From Candidatus Peribacter sp. (GTDB lineage Bacteria; Patescibacteriota; Gracilibacteria; Peribacterales; Peribacteraceae), in assembly GCA_030647195.1 (NCBI GenBank), contig JAUSKD010000030.1, positions 1,496 to 65,495 on the forward strand: a DNA stretch of 64,000 bases. Direction: 5' to 3'. The notes beneath the pieces are model-generated. The model had not been told where the DNA came from. It saw only the letters and a list, made by a program, of their open reading frames with translations, and did no database searches. Positions 51,522 through 60,326 of the stretch are shown here, piece by piece. Numbering within the stretch: position 1 is the stretch's first letter; every line of letters starts with the position of its first letter. The translations under genes and the position numbers were made by a program.

Positions 51522-52663
51522 TGCTCCGTGCGCTCCTCCTTGGCACGCTCACCACGCTCGCACTCCCGTGGCTGCTGCTTGCGGCGTGGCTGCGTTCGCG
51601 TTCTTCAGCACTGCAGCGCAAGGTCCTCGTCGTCCAGGCGGCGAAAATCGGCGATGTCGTCTGCATGACGCCGCTCTTTCGGTCTCTTCACGATCACGGG
51701 GACCACGTGACGGTGCTGTGTCTGAGGCGCACGGGTGAAGTGCTCACTCATCATCCTTGCGTGGATGCGATGATCCACATCGATGATCCGATGTTCCGGG
51801 GGCTTTCTGGAGCATTTCGTCTCTGGCGGGAGTTCTTTTGTGGGCGGTTCGATGTGAGCATGGTTCTGTTTCCCGCATCTTCACTCAGCATGATGGGGCT
51901 GTGGTCGGCGTCGCCGGTGCGGATCTACACACGGGGAAGGATGATGAGCCTGATGGAGCGGTGGTTCCGTCTTTTCTACACACATCGGATCCACTACCGC
52001 AGGCACACGCGGACATTCGATCATTACATGTTCCTTGCAGGGCTCATCGGGGTGAAGCCGGTTGCTTACCGGCACGAGATTTTTCTGACCGATGCCGAAG
52101 AGCAGTTCGCATTTTCCTGGATTCAGGATCACGGCGTGCGCGCAGATCAGCGTTTTGCGGCGATTTCGCTCCGTGCCGGCAATGCGCTCAAAGAATGGCC
52201 AATCGAACGGTTCGTGGCTGTGGCGCGGCATATCATTGATCGGCATTCCCTGCATGTGGTTTTCCTCGATTTGGATCAACGGGTCACAGACCATGCGCTC
52301 GCGCTCCTCGCCGATCCTTCACATGCATCCGGGGGTTGCCGTCTTTCCCTCCGCCACCTTGCCGCGATCATCAAGCGGGCATCCCTCTTCGTTTCGGTGG
52401 ATACCGGGCCGCTCTACATGGCCCATGCGTTCGGTGTGCCGCTCGTGGATATCATCGGGCCGGTGGATCCCGAGGAACAGCCGCCTCCTGCCGGCGAGCG
52501 CGTGGAGCTCGTTCTGCCGCCGCCCCCATGCGAGCCGAGTTCCTTCGTAGCCGATACGCTGCGTGCACCGACGGCGGCTCAGCAGGCTGCGCTGGAGGGC
52601 ACGACGGTCGGCATGGTCACAGATGCGATCGATGCAGTACTTCATTCTTCCGCCGCGTCATGA
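51521..52663 (+). CDS. Glycosyltransferase family 9 (heptosyltransferase-like) with N-terminal TM
   Basis: KIGDVVC, KEWP, SVDTGPLYMAHA, IIGP. Confidence 0.85.
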   Translation: MLRALLLGTLTTLALPWLLLAAWLRSRSSALQRKVLVVQAAKIGDVVCMTPLFRSLHDHGDHVTVLCLRRTGEVLTHHPCVDAMIHIDDPMFRGLSGAFRLWREFFCGRFDVSMVLFPASSLSMMGLWSASPVRIYTRGRMMSLMERWFRLFYTHRIHYRRHTRTFDHYMFLAGLIGVKPVAYRHEIFLTDAEEQFAFSWIQDHGVRADQRFAAISLRAGNALKEWPIERFVAVARHIIDRHSLHVVFLDLDQRVTDHALALLADPSHASGGCRLSLRHLAAIIKRASLFVSVDTGPLYMAHAFGVPLVDIIGPVDPEEQPPPAGERVELVLPPPPCEPSSFVADTLRAPTAAQQAALEGTTVGMVTDAIDAVLHSSAAS

Positions 52664-53574
52664 ATTCCACGCTTCCTCCGTGGTCCACTGCATGCCCGCT
52701 CTGCTCCCATGCGCCCCGTGAACGCATGCTGCGCGATCTTGCCGCTTTCGAGTGTCCGTCCTGCGGGTTTTTGTGGCTCCGCGACCGGTCCACTGCTCCT
52801 GAATACGAAGAATCGGTCGTCGATTTGTCTGCGGAAAAGATTCGTACACGCAAGCGCAATTGCTACAACCGGGTCGCGATGATTGCGAAGCATATTTCTC
52901 TCGATCGTGTGTGTGACATCGGTTGCGGCGAGGGATTATTCCTTGCCGCAGTCCGCGATCAGCATTATAGCGATCCGATGGGGCTTGAACCGAGCAGTGC
53001 CTGCGTGTCGTATGGCCGGAGCATCGGGCTTTCGATCGAGCAGGGAATGGTGGAGGATTATCCAGCACTTTTTTCCGGCCGCCCGAGGGATGTGGTCACG
53101 CTCTTTCATGTGATTGAACATCTGGTCGATCCCTTTGAGACGATGCGCATGTTTCGCAGTGTGCTTCATCCGGGTTCGTTCCTCGTCATCGAGACACCGA
53201 ATATCGAAAGCTACTCTGCGCGAAAATGGGGGGACCGTTGGCGGATGATTTATCGTCAGCATCTGTCCTATTTCAATCCATCGACGCTGCGATCGTGTCT
53301 TGAACAGGCCGGTTTCGACATCCTTGCGGAGGGGACACAGGATTTTGATCAGAATTTTCTTTCGTGGGGCGAGCTCAAGCTGCGACTTGGGCTCAAAAAA
53401 GTGCCTCCTCCCTCCCGGGAGCCTTCATCCCAGGCATCTACTCCTTCTTCGCAGAAGGCGACAGGCGTCTCGCGCGGAAACATACTCAAAGACGGCGTAC
53501 GCTACTTCTTGAGCAGGCTGGTGGGACTGCTTGGGCGGCGCGACTACATCTGGGTGATTGCCCGGGTTCCGTAA
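52660..53574 (+). CDS. Class I SAM-dependent methyltransferase with N-terminal Zn finger
   Basis: CPLC..CPSC, DIGCGEG, FHVIEH, IETPN. Confidence 0.85.
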   Translation: MNSTLPPWSTACPLCSHAPRERMLRDLAAFECPSCGFLWLRDRSTAPEYEESVVDLSAEKIRTRKRNCYNRVAMIAKHISLDRVCDIGCGEGLFLAAVRDQHYSDPMGLEPSSACVSYGRSIGLSIEQGMVEDYPALFSGRPRDVVTLFHVIEHLVDPFETMRMFRSVLHPGSFLVIETPNIESYSARKWGDRWRMIYRQHLSYFNPSTLRSCLEQAGFDILAEGTQDFDQNFLSWGELKLRLGLKKVPPPSREPSSQASTPSSQKATGVSRGNILKDGVRYFLSRLVGLLGRRDYIWVIARVP

Positions 53575-53630
53575 TTTCCCCCCTCTGCGTTGGGTTCTCC
53601 TCTATTGCTTGCTATGCTGGGCTGGTGGGC

Positions 53631-54293
53631 ATGTTGGATGCCATCGGCCTGACACGAAAGATCACGCGTCCGAGGATTCGGGCTTTTTTGCAGCGCCATG
53701 CCAGCGGCGGGCGCGTGCTCGATGTGGGATGCGGAGCAGCGGGTTACCGCGATCTCTTCCCTCAGCTCACCACACTCGACCTCACACCGCGGGAGGGAAC
53801 CAAAGTGGATATCGTCGCCGATGCGCACGATCTCTCGCAAATTCCGGAGGCATCCTTCGATGTGGTGCTCTGTACGGAAGTTCTCGAGCATCTTCATACG
53901 CCGGCAAAGGCCATTGCCGAATTCCGGCGGGTCCTGAAGTCCGGCGGACAGTTGCTCCTCTCCACGCGGTTCATCTTTCCGCTCCATGACGTGCCCGGGG
54001 ATTATTACCGTTATACCAAGTATGGTCTGCGGCACCTGCTGAAGGATTTTGAAATCATTGAGCTTATCGAGGAGGCTTCGACGGTGGAAACGCTCGCCGT
54101 GTTGGAGCAGCGCATCGGGTTCCAGTGCGAGACATTGGGGTTTCGCCCATTCAAGCTCTTCTGGTTCCTGCTGGCGGCGATTACACGATGGTGTGGATGG
54201 CTGCTCAGTCGCGAATATGGAGATATTCGGCAAAAGGTTCCGGAAAAGAACATCCTCACGTCAGGGTACTACGTCGCTGCAAAAAAAATCTGA
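53631..54293 (+). CDS. Class I SAM-dependent methyltransferase
   Basis: VLDVGCG, CTEVLEH, PLHDVPGDYYRYT; in-frame GTG at 53625 is an alternative start. Confidence 0.85.
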   Translation: MLDAIGLTRKITRPRIRAFLQRHASGGRVLDVGCGAAGYRDLFPQLTTLDLTPREGTKVDIVADAHDLSQIPEASFDVVLCTEVLEHLHTPAKAIAEFRRVLKSGGQLLLSTRFIFPLHDVPGDYYRYTKYGLRHLLKDFEIIELIEEASTVETLAVLEQRIGFQCETLGFRPFKLFWFLLAAITRWCGWLLSREYGDIRQKVPEKNILTSGYYVAAKKI

Positions 54294-54316
54294 CCTCCTA
54301 TTCTCTCTGTTTTCCT

Positions 54317-54490
54317 GTCCTTTCTTTGTCATGGCGACAAAGAAAGGACCAAAGAAAGCGCTCCCGCGCCAACTCCCCTCCGCCCGGCCCTGTGCCTCCT
54401 CGCTGGCTCTTCCAAGGCTTCAGAGCCGACTCGTCGGCACGCAAAAGCGTGGCAGGGCCTTCCCCTTCACCCCCAGTGGCGCGGTGCCCC
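54317..54490. repeat. Structured intergenic element (MITE-like or ncRNA)
   Basis: Perfect 14-bp stem gtcctttctttgtc/gacaaagaaaggac, then nested stems ccgcgcca/tggcgcgg, ggccctg/cagggcc, gtgcc/ggcac, ggctct/agagcc. Confidence 0.6.
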
Positions 54491-54522
54491 CCGGTTACTG
54501 TTTTGTTTCTGTATTTTTTTGA

Positions 54523-55782
54523 TTACAGAGCTTTATATCTCATTCCATTCCCTTCAATCTCTTTCCTCGGCAGCAGTGTTTTGAGATCGTAGACGAGGCC
54601 TCCTGCCTTCAGTGCCTGGGTGAGGTCATCGGCCATGTACTCCCGGTGCGGCACCAGCAGCACCACGGCATCATAGGGGCCGGACTTTAGTGACCCCGGC
54701 TTCCATCCTTTCCTGATCATGATTTCTTCGGGCATGTAGGGATCGTGGACTTCCACAACGCAGCCAAGTTTGGTGAGGTGCTTCACCACGTCACCGGATT
54801 TGCTGTTGCGGGTATCGGGAATGTTTTCTTTGAAGGTCAGGCCCAGCACGAGCACGCGCGGGTTCTTTGTTCCCTTCAATTCCTCGCCCACCTGCTCAGC
54901 CACATGGCGGCTCATGGAGTCATTCAGGGCGCGTCCCGCGGTGATGACCTGCGTTTCCATCCCCAACTGGCGCGCTTTCTCGACCAGGTAGTACGGGTCC
55001 ACGCCGATGCAGTGCCCGCCCACAAGACCCGGAACAAATTTGAGGAAATTCCACTTCGTTGCGGCCGCATCGATCACGTCTTTCGTCTCGATGCCGACCT
55101 TGTGGCAGAGGAGGGCGATTTCGTTGATGAAGGCGATGTTGAGGTCCCGCTGCGCGTTCTCGATGGCCTTGGCCATTTCGGCCACCTTGATATTCGCGGC
55201 GCGGTGGATGCCCGCCTCGATCACCGATCCATACAGGTCAGCCAGCGCATCCAGTGTTTCCGCGTCCTGCCCCGAGACAATCTTCTTGATCTTCTCGATC
55301 GTGTGCTCCTTGTCCCCGGGGTTCACGCGCTCGGGCGAGTAGCCCAGTTTGAAATCCGTGCCACACTTCATGCCCGATTCCTTCTCCAGGATGGGGCCGC
55401 AAATTTCTTCCGTGGTGCCCGGCCACACCGTGGATTCATACACGATGATGGCCCCTTTCTTCATGTGCTTGCCGACCGTAGAGCTGGCGCTTTCCACGGG
55501 CGTGAGATCGGGATTGTTCTTCTCATCCACGGGTGTGGGGATGGCAAGGATCACGATATCCGCCTCATGGATGACCGCGGGGTCGGCGCTGTAGAGAATC
55601 GTCACTGCCTTCAACTGCTGCTGCGAAAGCTCCCGCGTGCGGTCATGCCCGGTGTTGAGCTCCGCGATGCGCTCCGCATTGAGATCATATCCCCGCACGT
55701 CGTAGCCTTTCCTCGCAAAGATGTACGCAAGCGGCAGGCCCACATACCCGAGTCCCACGATGCAAATCACCGGTTTTTTCAT
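54523..55782 (-). CDS. UDP-HexNAc 6-dehydrogenase (TviB/WbpO-like)
   Basis: VGLGYVGLPLA, YESTVWPG, YSPER, PGLVGGHCIGVDPYY, GLTFKEN; start MKKPVIC. Confidence 0.9.
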   Translation of the reverse strand: MKKPVICIVGLGYVGLPLAYIFARKGYDVRGYDLNAERIAELNTGHDRTRELSQQQLKAVTILYSADPAVIHEADIVILAIPTPVDEKNNPDLTPVESASSTVGKHMKKGAIIVYESTVWPGTTEEICGPILEKESGMKCGTDFKLGYSPERVNPGDKEHTIEKIKKIVSGQDAETLDALADLYGSVIEAGIHRAANIKVAEMAKAIENAQRDLNIAFINEIALLCHKVGIETKDVIDAAATKWNFLKFVPGLVGGHCIGVDPYYLVEKARQLGMETQVITAGRALNDSMSRHVAEQVGEELKGTKNPRVLVLGLTFKENIPDTRNSKSGDVVKHLTKLGCVVEVHDPYMPEEIMIRKGWKPGSLKSGPYDAVVLLVPHREYMADDLTQALKAGGLVYDLKTLLPRKEIEGNGMRYKAL

Positions 55783-55802
55783 CACAGGGAAGTGTAGACG
55801 AA

Positions 55803-55836
55803 CGATTGGCGATTGGCGATTTATTGATTGGCGATT
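55803..55836. repeat. Imperfect heptamer tandem repeat (CGATTGG)
   Basis: cgattgg cgattgg cgatttat tgattgg cgatt between divergent genes. Confidence 0.65.
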
Positions 55837-55879
55837 TTCACCGTGGTCTTGGGGTATTTCCAATGGTACCGTAGGCGGG

Positions 55880-56305
55880 ATGCAACGGTTTCGTCACTGG
55901 ATTTTCGGCCCTGCGCGCTCCACCCGGGTGCAATTCTTCCGGTATTTCTGGGTGGGCGGGATTTCGACGGTGGTCGATTTCGCCGTGTTCATTTTCTTCG
56001 TGCGCGTGCTCGGCATCCATTACCTCCTTGCCCAGTTTTTCGCCTACTGCGCCGGCTTCGTCACGAATTATATTCTTTCGGTTCTTTGGGTTTTTCAGAA
56101 AACGAACCAGATCGTGCGCGAGATCACTGTGGTCTTCATCATTACCATGTTCGGGCTCCTCTGGACCGAGCTTCTGCTCTACCTCTTCGTCGATACCTTC
56201 TTCTTTGGGGAGGTGAAGGCAAAGGTGATTGCCACCATTATCGTGCTCTTCTGGAATTTCGGTGCGAGGCGATTCATTGTCTACAGGAATCCGTCCAGGG
56301 CCTAG
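55880..56305 (+). CDS. GtrA-family protein
   Basis: QFFRYFWVGGISTVVD, four TMs, FWNF. Confidence 0.88.
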   Translation: MQRFRHWIFGPARSTRVQFFRYFWVGGISTVVDFAVFIFFVRVLGIHYLLAQFFAYCAGFVTNYILSVLWVFQKTNQIVREITVVFIITMFGLLWTELLLYLFVDTFFFGEVKAKVIATIIVLFWNFGARRFIVYRNPSRA

Positions 56306-56337
56306 GCTCTGCGGATGAATATGAGTAGAGTACGGGC

Positions 56338-57975
56338 GTGTCAAAAGTTGCCATTATCGCAGGTGCCGGGCCGGCGGGTCTGACAGCGGCATACGAGCTC
56401 CTGAAGCGCACGGATATCCGTCCCATTGTGTGCGAGCTCAGCGACGTCATCGGTGGCATTGCCCAGACGTACAACTACAAAGGCAATCGCATTGACCTCG
56501 GAGGCCACCGCTTCTTTTCGAAGAGCAAGCGCATCATGCAGTGGTGGTTCAATATTCTTCCGCTGCAGGGCAAACCTTCGGCGGATACGGCCGAAAAGAA
56601 GCACGAGATCGATTACGCGGCGGAGGCGATCGTCAATTTTCTCTGTCCTGCGTGCACAAATGACGGCGCGACAAACACTCAGCGAACATTTCCTGCCCCC
56701 GATCCCGAAAAAGACGACCAGGTCATGCTCCAGCGGCCGCGCCTCAGCCGCATCTACCACCGCAGGCATTTTTTTCCGTATCCCATCTCGATCACACTCG
56801 GGGTCGCCATGCGATTGGGGGTGCTCAATACGTTCCTGATCGGTCTGAGCTACATCAAGGCGCGGATGTTCCGGCTGAAGGACGAAACCTACCTCGATGC
56901 ATTTTTCATCAATCGTTTCGGGCGACGCCTCTACGAGACATTCTTCCGGGATTACACCGAGAAAGTCTGGGGGATTCCCTGCAGCCAGATACGGGCGGAC
57001 TGGGGGGCCCAGCGCGTGCAGGGGTTGTCGCTTCGGCGCGCCGTGGTCCATGCCGTAAAAGACCTTTTGAGCTCCGATTTCAAAAAGGCCCAGCAGGAGC
57101 GCGAAACCACGCTCATCACGCGCTTCTATTACCCCAAGTACGGACCCGGGCAGATGTGGGAAACCGTTGCAGCGCAGGTGCGTTCCTGTGGTGGCGAGGT
57201 GCGCATGCATACGCGTGTTTCGGGAGTGCACCTGACGGACGGCCGCGTCACCTCCGTCACACTCGAAAACACCCAGACGGGAGCAGAGGAAACGTTGCCT
57301 TGCGACTTCTTCTTCTCCTCCATGCCGATCAAGCATCTTGCGGGCATGATGACGCCCCATCCTCCCGCGCGGGTTACCGAGGTGGCTGAGGGCTTGCCGT
57401 ACCGCGATTTCATCACCATCGGGCTCCTTTTGAAGAAACTTCATGTGCAGGACGGCAGGCACGTCGATGCGTCCGTACCGGATAACTGGATCTACATTCA
57501 GGAGGGCGGGGTCAAGGTGGGGCGTGTGCAGATCTTCAACAACTGGAGTCCGTATCTGGTGAACGACCGCAAGAATACCGTGTGGATCGGGCTCGAGTAC
57601 TTCGTAAACGAGGGCGGTGATTTGTGGATCAAGCCCGATCAGGAACTGATTCAATTCGGAATCACGGAGATGGAGAAGATCCACTTCCTCAAGAGCGAAG
57701 ATGTGCTCGATGCCTGCGTGCTTCGGATCCCCAAGGCGTATCCGGCGTACTTCGGCAGCTACGACCAGCTCCACGTGGTGCGCGAATTCGTCCAGAACAT
57801 TCCCAATCTCTACCTGATTGGCAGAAATGGCATGCACCGTTACAACAATCAGGATCACAGCATGCTTACGTCGATGACGGCGGTGGATAACATCGTCGCG
57901 GGCCGCACGGATTCCTCAAATGTGTGGGAGGTGAATCTGGAAATGGTCTACCACGAGGAGCACAAGAAATCTTAG
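56338..57975 (+). CDS. FAD-dependent oxidoreductase (UDP-galactopyranose mutase / protoporphyrinogen oxidase-like family)
   Basis: [42 protein letters not shown]. Confidence 0.85.
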   Translation: MSKVAIIAGAGPAGLTAAYELLKRTDIRPIVCELSDVIGGIAQTYNYKGNRIDLGGHRFFSKSKRIMQWWFNILPLQGKPSADTAEKKHEIDYAAEAIVNFLCPACTNDGATNTQRTFPAPDPEKDDQVMLQRPRLSRIYHRRHFFPYPISITLGVAMRLGVLNTFLIGLSYIKARMFRLKDETYLDAFFINRFGRRLYETFFRDYTEKVWGIPCSQIRADWGAQRVQGLSLRRAVVHAVKDLLSSDFKKAQQERETTLITRFYYPKYGPGQMWETVAAQVRSCGGEVRMHTRVSGVHLTDGRVTSVTLENTQTGAEETLPCDFFFSSMPIKHLAGMMTPHPPARVTEVAEGLPYRDFITIGLLLKKLHVQDGRHVDASVPDNWIYIQEGGVKVGRVQIFNNWSPYLVNDRKNTVWIGLEYFVNEGGDLWIKPDQELIQFGITEMEKIHFLKSEDVLDACVLRIPKAYPAYFGSYDQLHVVREFVQNIPNLYLIGRNGMHRYNNQDHSMLTSMTAVDNIVAGRTDSSNVWEVNLEMVYHEEHKKS

Positions 57976-59204
57976 GCTCGCCGAGCCTGGAGTTGTTCCA
58001 GACGAGGGAGAATGGTTTTTGAGATGAATTGGTACACCGCGTTTTTCTCGTCAGCGTAGAAGAACGGATCCATCGGCGACGGTTCCCATTCCTGGGGGAT
58101 AGAGAGGAAGAGGCCGATGCCTCGCTGCATGCAATTCTTCAGGAGTTCGTAAGCGTGCGACGCGCCGTAGACGACGTGAGGCGTCTTCCCCTCAGTGATG
58201 GTTTCGGCGATCCTGTCTAAGACATCTGCTTCCCTGCGTCTGTTCATCGACGCGAAGAGTTCTGTTGCGTCGCAGTAGCGACGGAAGTCCGCGATCATCG
58301 TGGCAAGGTCTCCCGTGTGTTGTATCGCCATTCCGTTGTACTGCATGACGACTTTTGTCGGGTCTCCCGGCTTAAGAGAGATGGTCCCTCCTACATGCAG
58401 CAAATTGCCCAACATCCCTTCGTACGGCTTCGCGGCTCCCCGGCCGCGGGAGACCATGGTCAGTTCCCGCCCCGTTTGCTCGTGATGTTCCGGAGGTTCG
58501 ACGCCGTTGATGGTCGCCTTCTTCCAGAGGATGAACGCCTGGTCGGCATTTCCGCGCATTCTTCCTCTCTCCTCTTCCAAAAAACGCTCCAGGTGCCCAG
58601 GCGAAGAGAGCAGAAGCTGCTGTCCCTCATCATCGCTGGCGCAGACGTCCGTTCCCGTGATGACGGGGTTGGGCAGGTTTTCAATCTTCAGTCCCTCCCG
58701 CATAAAGACAAAGCCCTCCGTGAAGATCCGCTGATCGGGGGTGGCAGTGAGTGTGTGGAGCGTGTGGAAGAGATGCTGTGCGATGCGCTTCGCCGAGGGA
58801 TCGAAATCTCCCTTTTCCTTGTGGTGTTTCTGGATGATCAGGGAAGCAAACGACCGGGTCCCTTCGGGAGGGAGGAACACTTCCGTGGAGAGTCGCTGCG
58901 CCTGCTCCAGTTTCCTGAGACCGTCGAAAGCTTTGCCGGCAGGCTCGCCTTCGTGAGGAGCTCCATGCACGTCCCTGAGTGCGACGCGACGTGCGGATCC
59001 GACGATTCCTTCGTTATACGCCGAAAGCACAGGCCACCGGCCGAACTCATGCATCGCCGAGCGTATCTGTGGACGCGCTTGCGGGGACGTCAGCGCTTCG
59101 TAGAGTCTGCGCGAGACTTCTTCGGAAGCCGACACTGGTTCCTCACGCGTGGGTCTCTGCGATAGGGGCAACTCTCCGCCCACCGGATTTTCCTGCGGAC
59201 TCAT
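57972..59204 (-). CDS. Hypothetical protein, possibly TraB/ChaN/EreA-like fold
   Basis: Long ORF; RRE...VVYGASH motif; TTGACT-17-ATTAAT 6 nt upstream of the ATG. Confidence 0.65.
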   Translation of the reverse strand: MSPQENPVGGELPLSQRPTREEPVSASEEVSRRLYEALTSPQARPQIRSAMHEFGRWPVLSAYNEGIVGSARRVALRDVHGAPHEGEPAGKAFDGLRKLEQAQRLSTEVFLPPEGTRSFASLIIQKHHKEKGDFDPSAKRIAQHLFHTLHTLTATPDQRIFTEGFVFMREGLKIENLPNPVITGTDVCASDDEGQQLLLSSPGHLERFLEEERGRMRGNADQAFILWKKATINGVEPPEHHEQTGRELTMVSRGRGAAKPYEGMLGNLLHVGGTISLKPGDPTKVVMQYNGMAIQHTGDLATMIADFRRYCDATELFASMNRRREADVLDRIAETITEGKTPHVVYGASHAYELLKNCMQRGIGLFLSIPQEWEPSPMDPFFYADEKNAVYQFISKTILPRLEQLQARRA

Positions 59205-59235
59205 ATGTATATTAATGCCAATTTTCGTCAAAAAG

Positions 59236-60147
59236 TCAATGCTCAGCGTACCACTCCACCGACTTTTTCACCCCTTCCACGAAGGGTACCTTGGGGTCAA
59301 AGCCGAGAATTTTCCGCGCTTTCGAAATATCCGCCGTGTAGCGCGTGACTTCACCGGTACGGGAGGATGTCGCAGTGACTTCGGAGGTGCTGCCCATGAG
59401 TTTCTTGATCAGTTCCGCCAGTTCCATGATGGAGTGCGCCTCGCCGAATGCGAGATTGATGGTCTGCCCGTTCGCTTTGGTGAAATTCTTGAGAATGAGA
59501 AGAAGGCCATCCACGGCGTCGTCGATGTAGGTGAAATCGAGGCTCTTATCTTTGCCAAAGACCACGAGGGGTTCATTTTTCTTGGTCTGCCGGATGAAGA
59601 GCGGCACGACACGCTGCGAGTCGTCGTACATGCCGTAGACGTTCGAGAAGCGCACGATCACCGTCTCCATGCCGTAGCAGCGGCGGTAGGACTCCACGAG
59701 CGCCTCGCCGGCGATCTTGCTGGCGGTGTAGGGGCTCTCACAGTTTTCCACCCGCACCATGTCCTCGCGGTACTTTTCGGCGCCGCTATTGCCATATGTT
59801 TCGCGGGATGATGCGAAAACGAAACGTTTCACCCCGTTTAAGCGCGCCCATTCCAGAGCATTGAATGTGGTCAGCATGTTATCGCGCGCCCGGTCGGGAT
59901 TTTCCACGAGCTCATAGACGCGAGCATTCGCGGCAAGATGGATGACGACGTCAGCTTTGAGCTTTGAGCTTTGAGCTTTGAGCTGGCTCTCGTCCCGCAG
60001 GTCTATACGAACGGTAAGCTGCTCCACCGCTGGCTGCCACTTATTCGGTTCCCAATCGGCCCCGACAACTTCGAATTGCTGCTCCAGAAGCCTTTCGCAG
60101 AGCCGTGTGCCGATGGTGCCCGAGGAGCCAGTGACAAGGATCTTCAT
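59236..60147 (-). CDS. NAD-dependent epimerase/dehydratase
   Basis: TGSSGTIG, HLAA, SSRETYG, YTASK, RFSNVYG, DFTYIDD. Confidence 0.88.
   Translation of the reverse strand: MKILVTGSSGTIGTRLCERLLEQQFEVVGADWEPNKWQPAVEQLTVRIDLRDESQLKAQSSKLKADVVIHLAANARVYELVENPDRARDNMLTTFNALEWARLNGVKRFVFASSRETYGNSGAEKYREDMVRVENCESPYTASKIAGEALVESYRRCYGMETVIVRFSNVYGMYDDSQRVVPLFIRQTKKNEPLVVFGKDKSLDFTYIDDAVDGLLLILKNFTKANGQTINLAFGEAHSIMELAELIKKLMGSTSEVTATSSRTGEVTRYTADISKARKILGFDPKVPFVEGVKKSVEWYAEH
59953..59984. repeat. Perfect heptamer repeat (AGCTTTG)x4 inside a CDS
   Basis: Encodes QLKAQSSKLKA. Confidence 0.85.
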
Positions 60148-60178
60148 ACAGTGAGCAGTTTGCACTTGAATAGTGATG

Positions 60179-60278
60179 AGGGAAATAGGGAAGTCGGGAA
60201 TTAGGGAAATCGGGCTGAAAAATGAATCAAGTTCCCTAGTTCCCGCATCCGAGTTCCCTTCTCATTCCTTAATTCCCC
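60179..60278. repeat. Inverted arrays of octamer repeats
   Basis: Left arm agggaaat/agggaagt/cgggaatt/agggaaat; right arm agttccct/agttcccg/agttccct/aattcccc. Confidence 0.7.
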
Positions 60279-60326
60279 TGAAGAAATCGCTGACACCAAC
60301 AGTTCCCAATCGCTACACTGCCCCCG

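Noticed and set aside
17905-57858. Long antisense ORFs (17905-19458, 32223-33830, 56341-57858 and others)
   Set aside because: Shadows of real genes in GC-rich DNA, with no recognisable motifs
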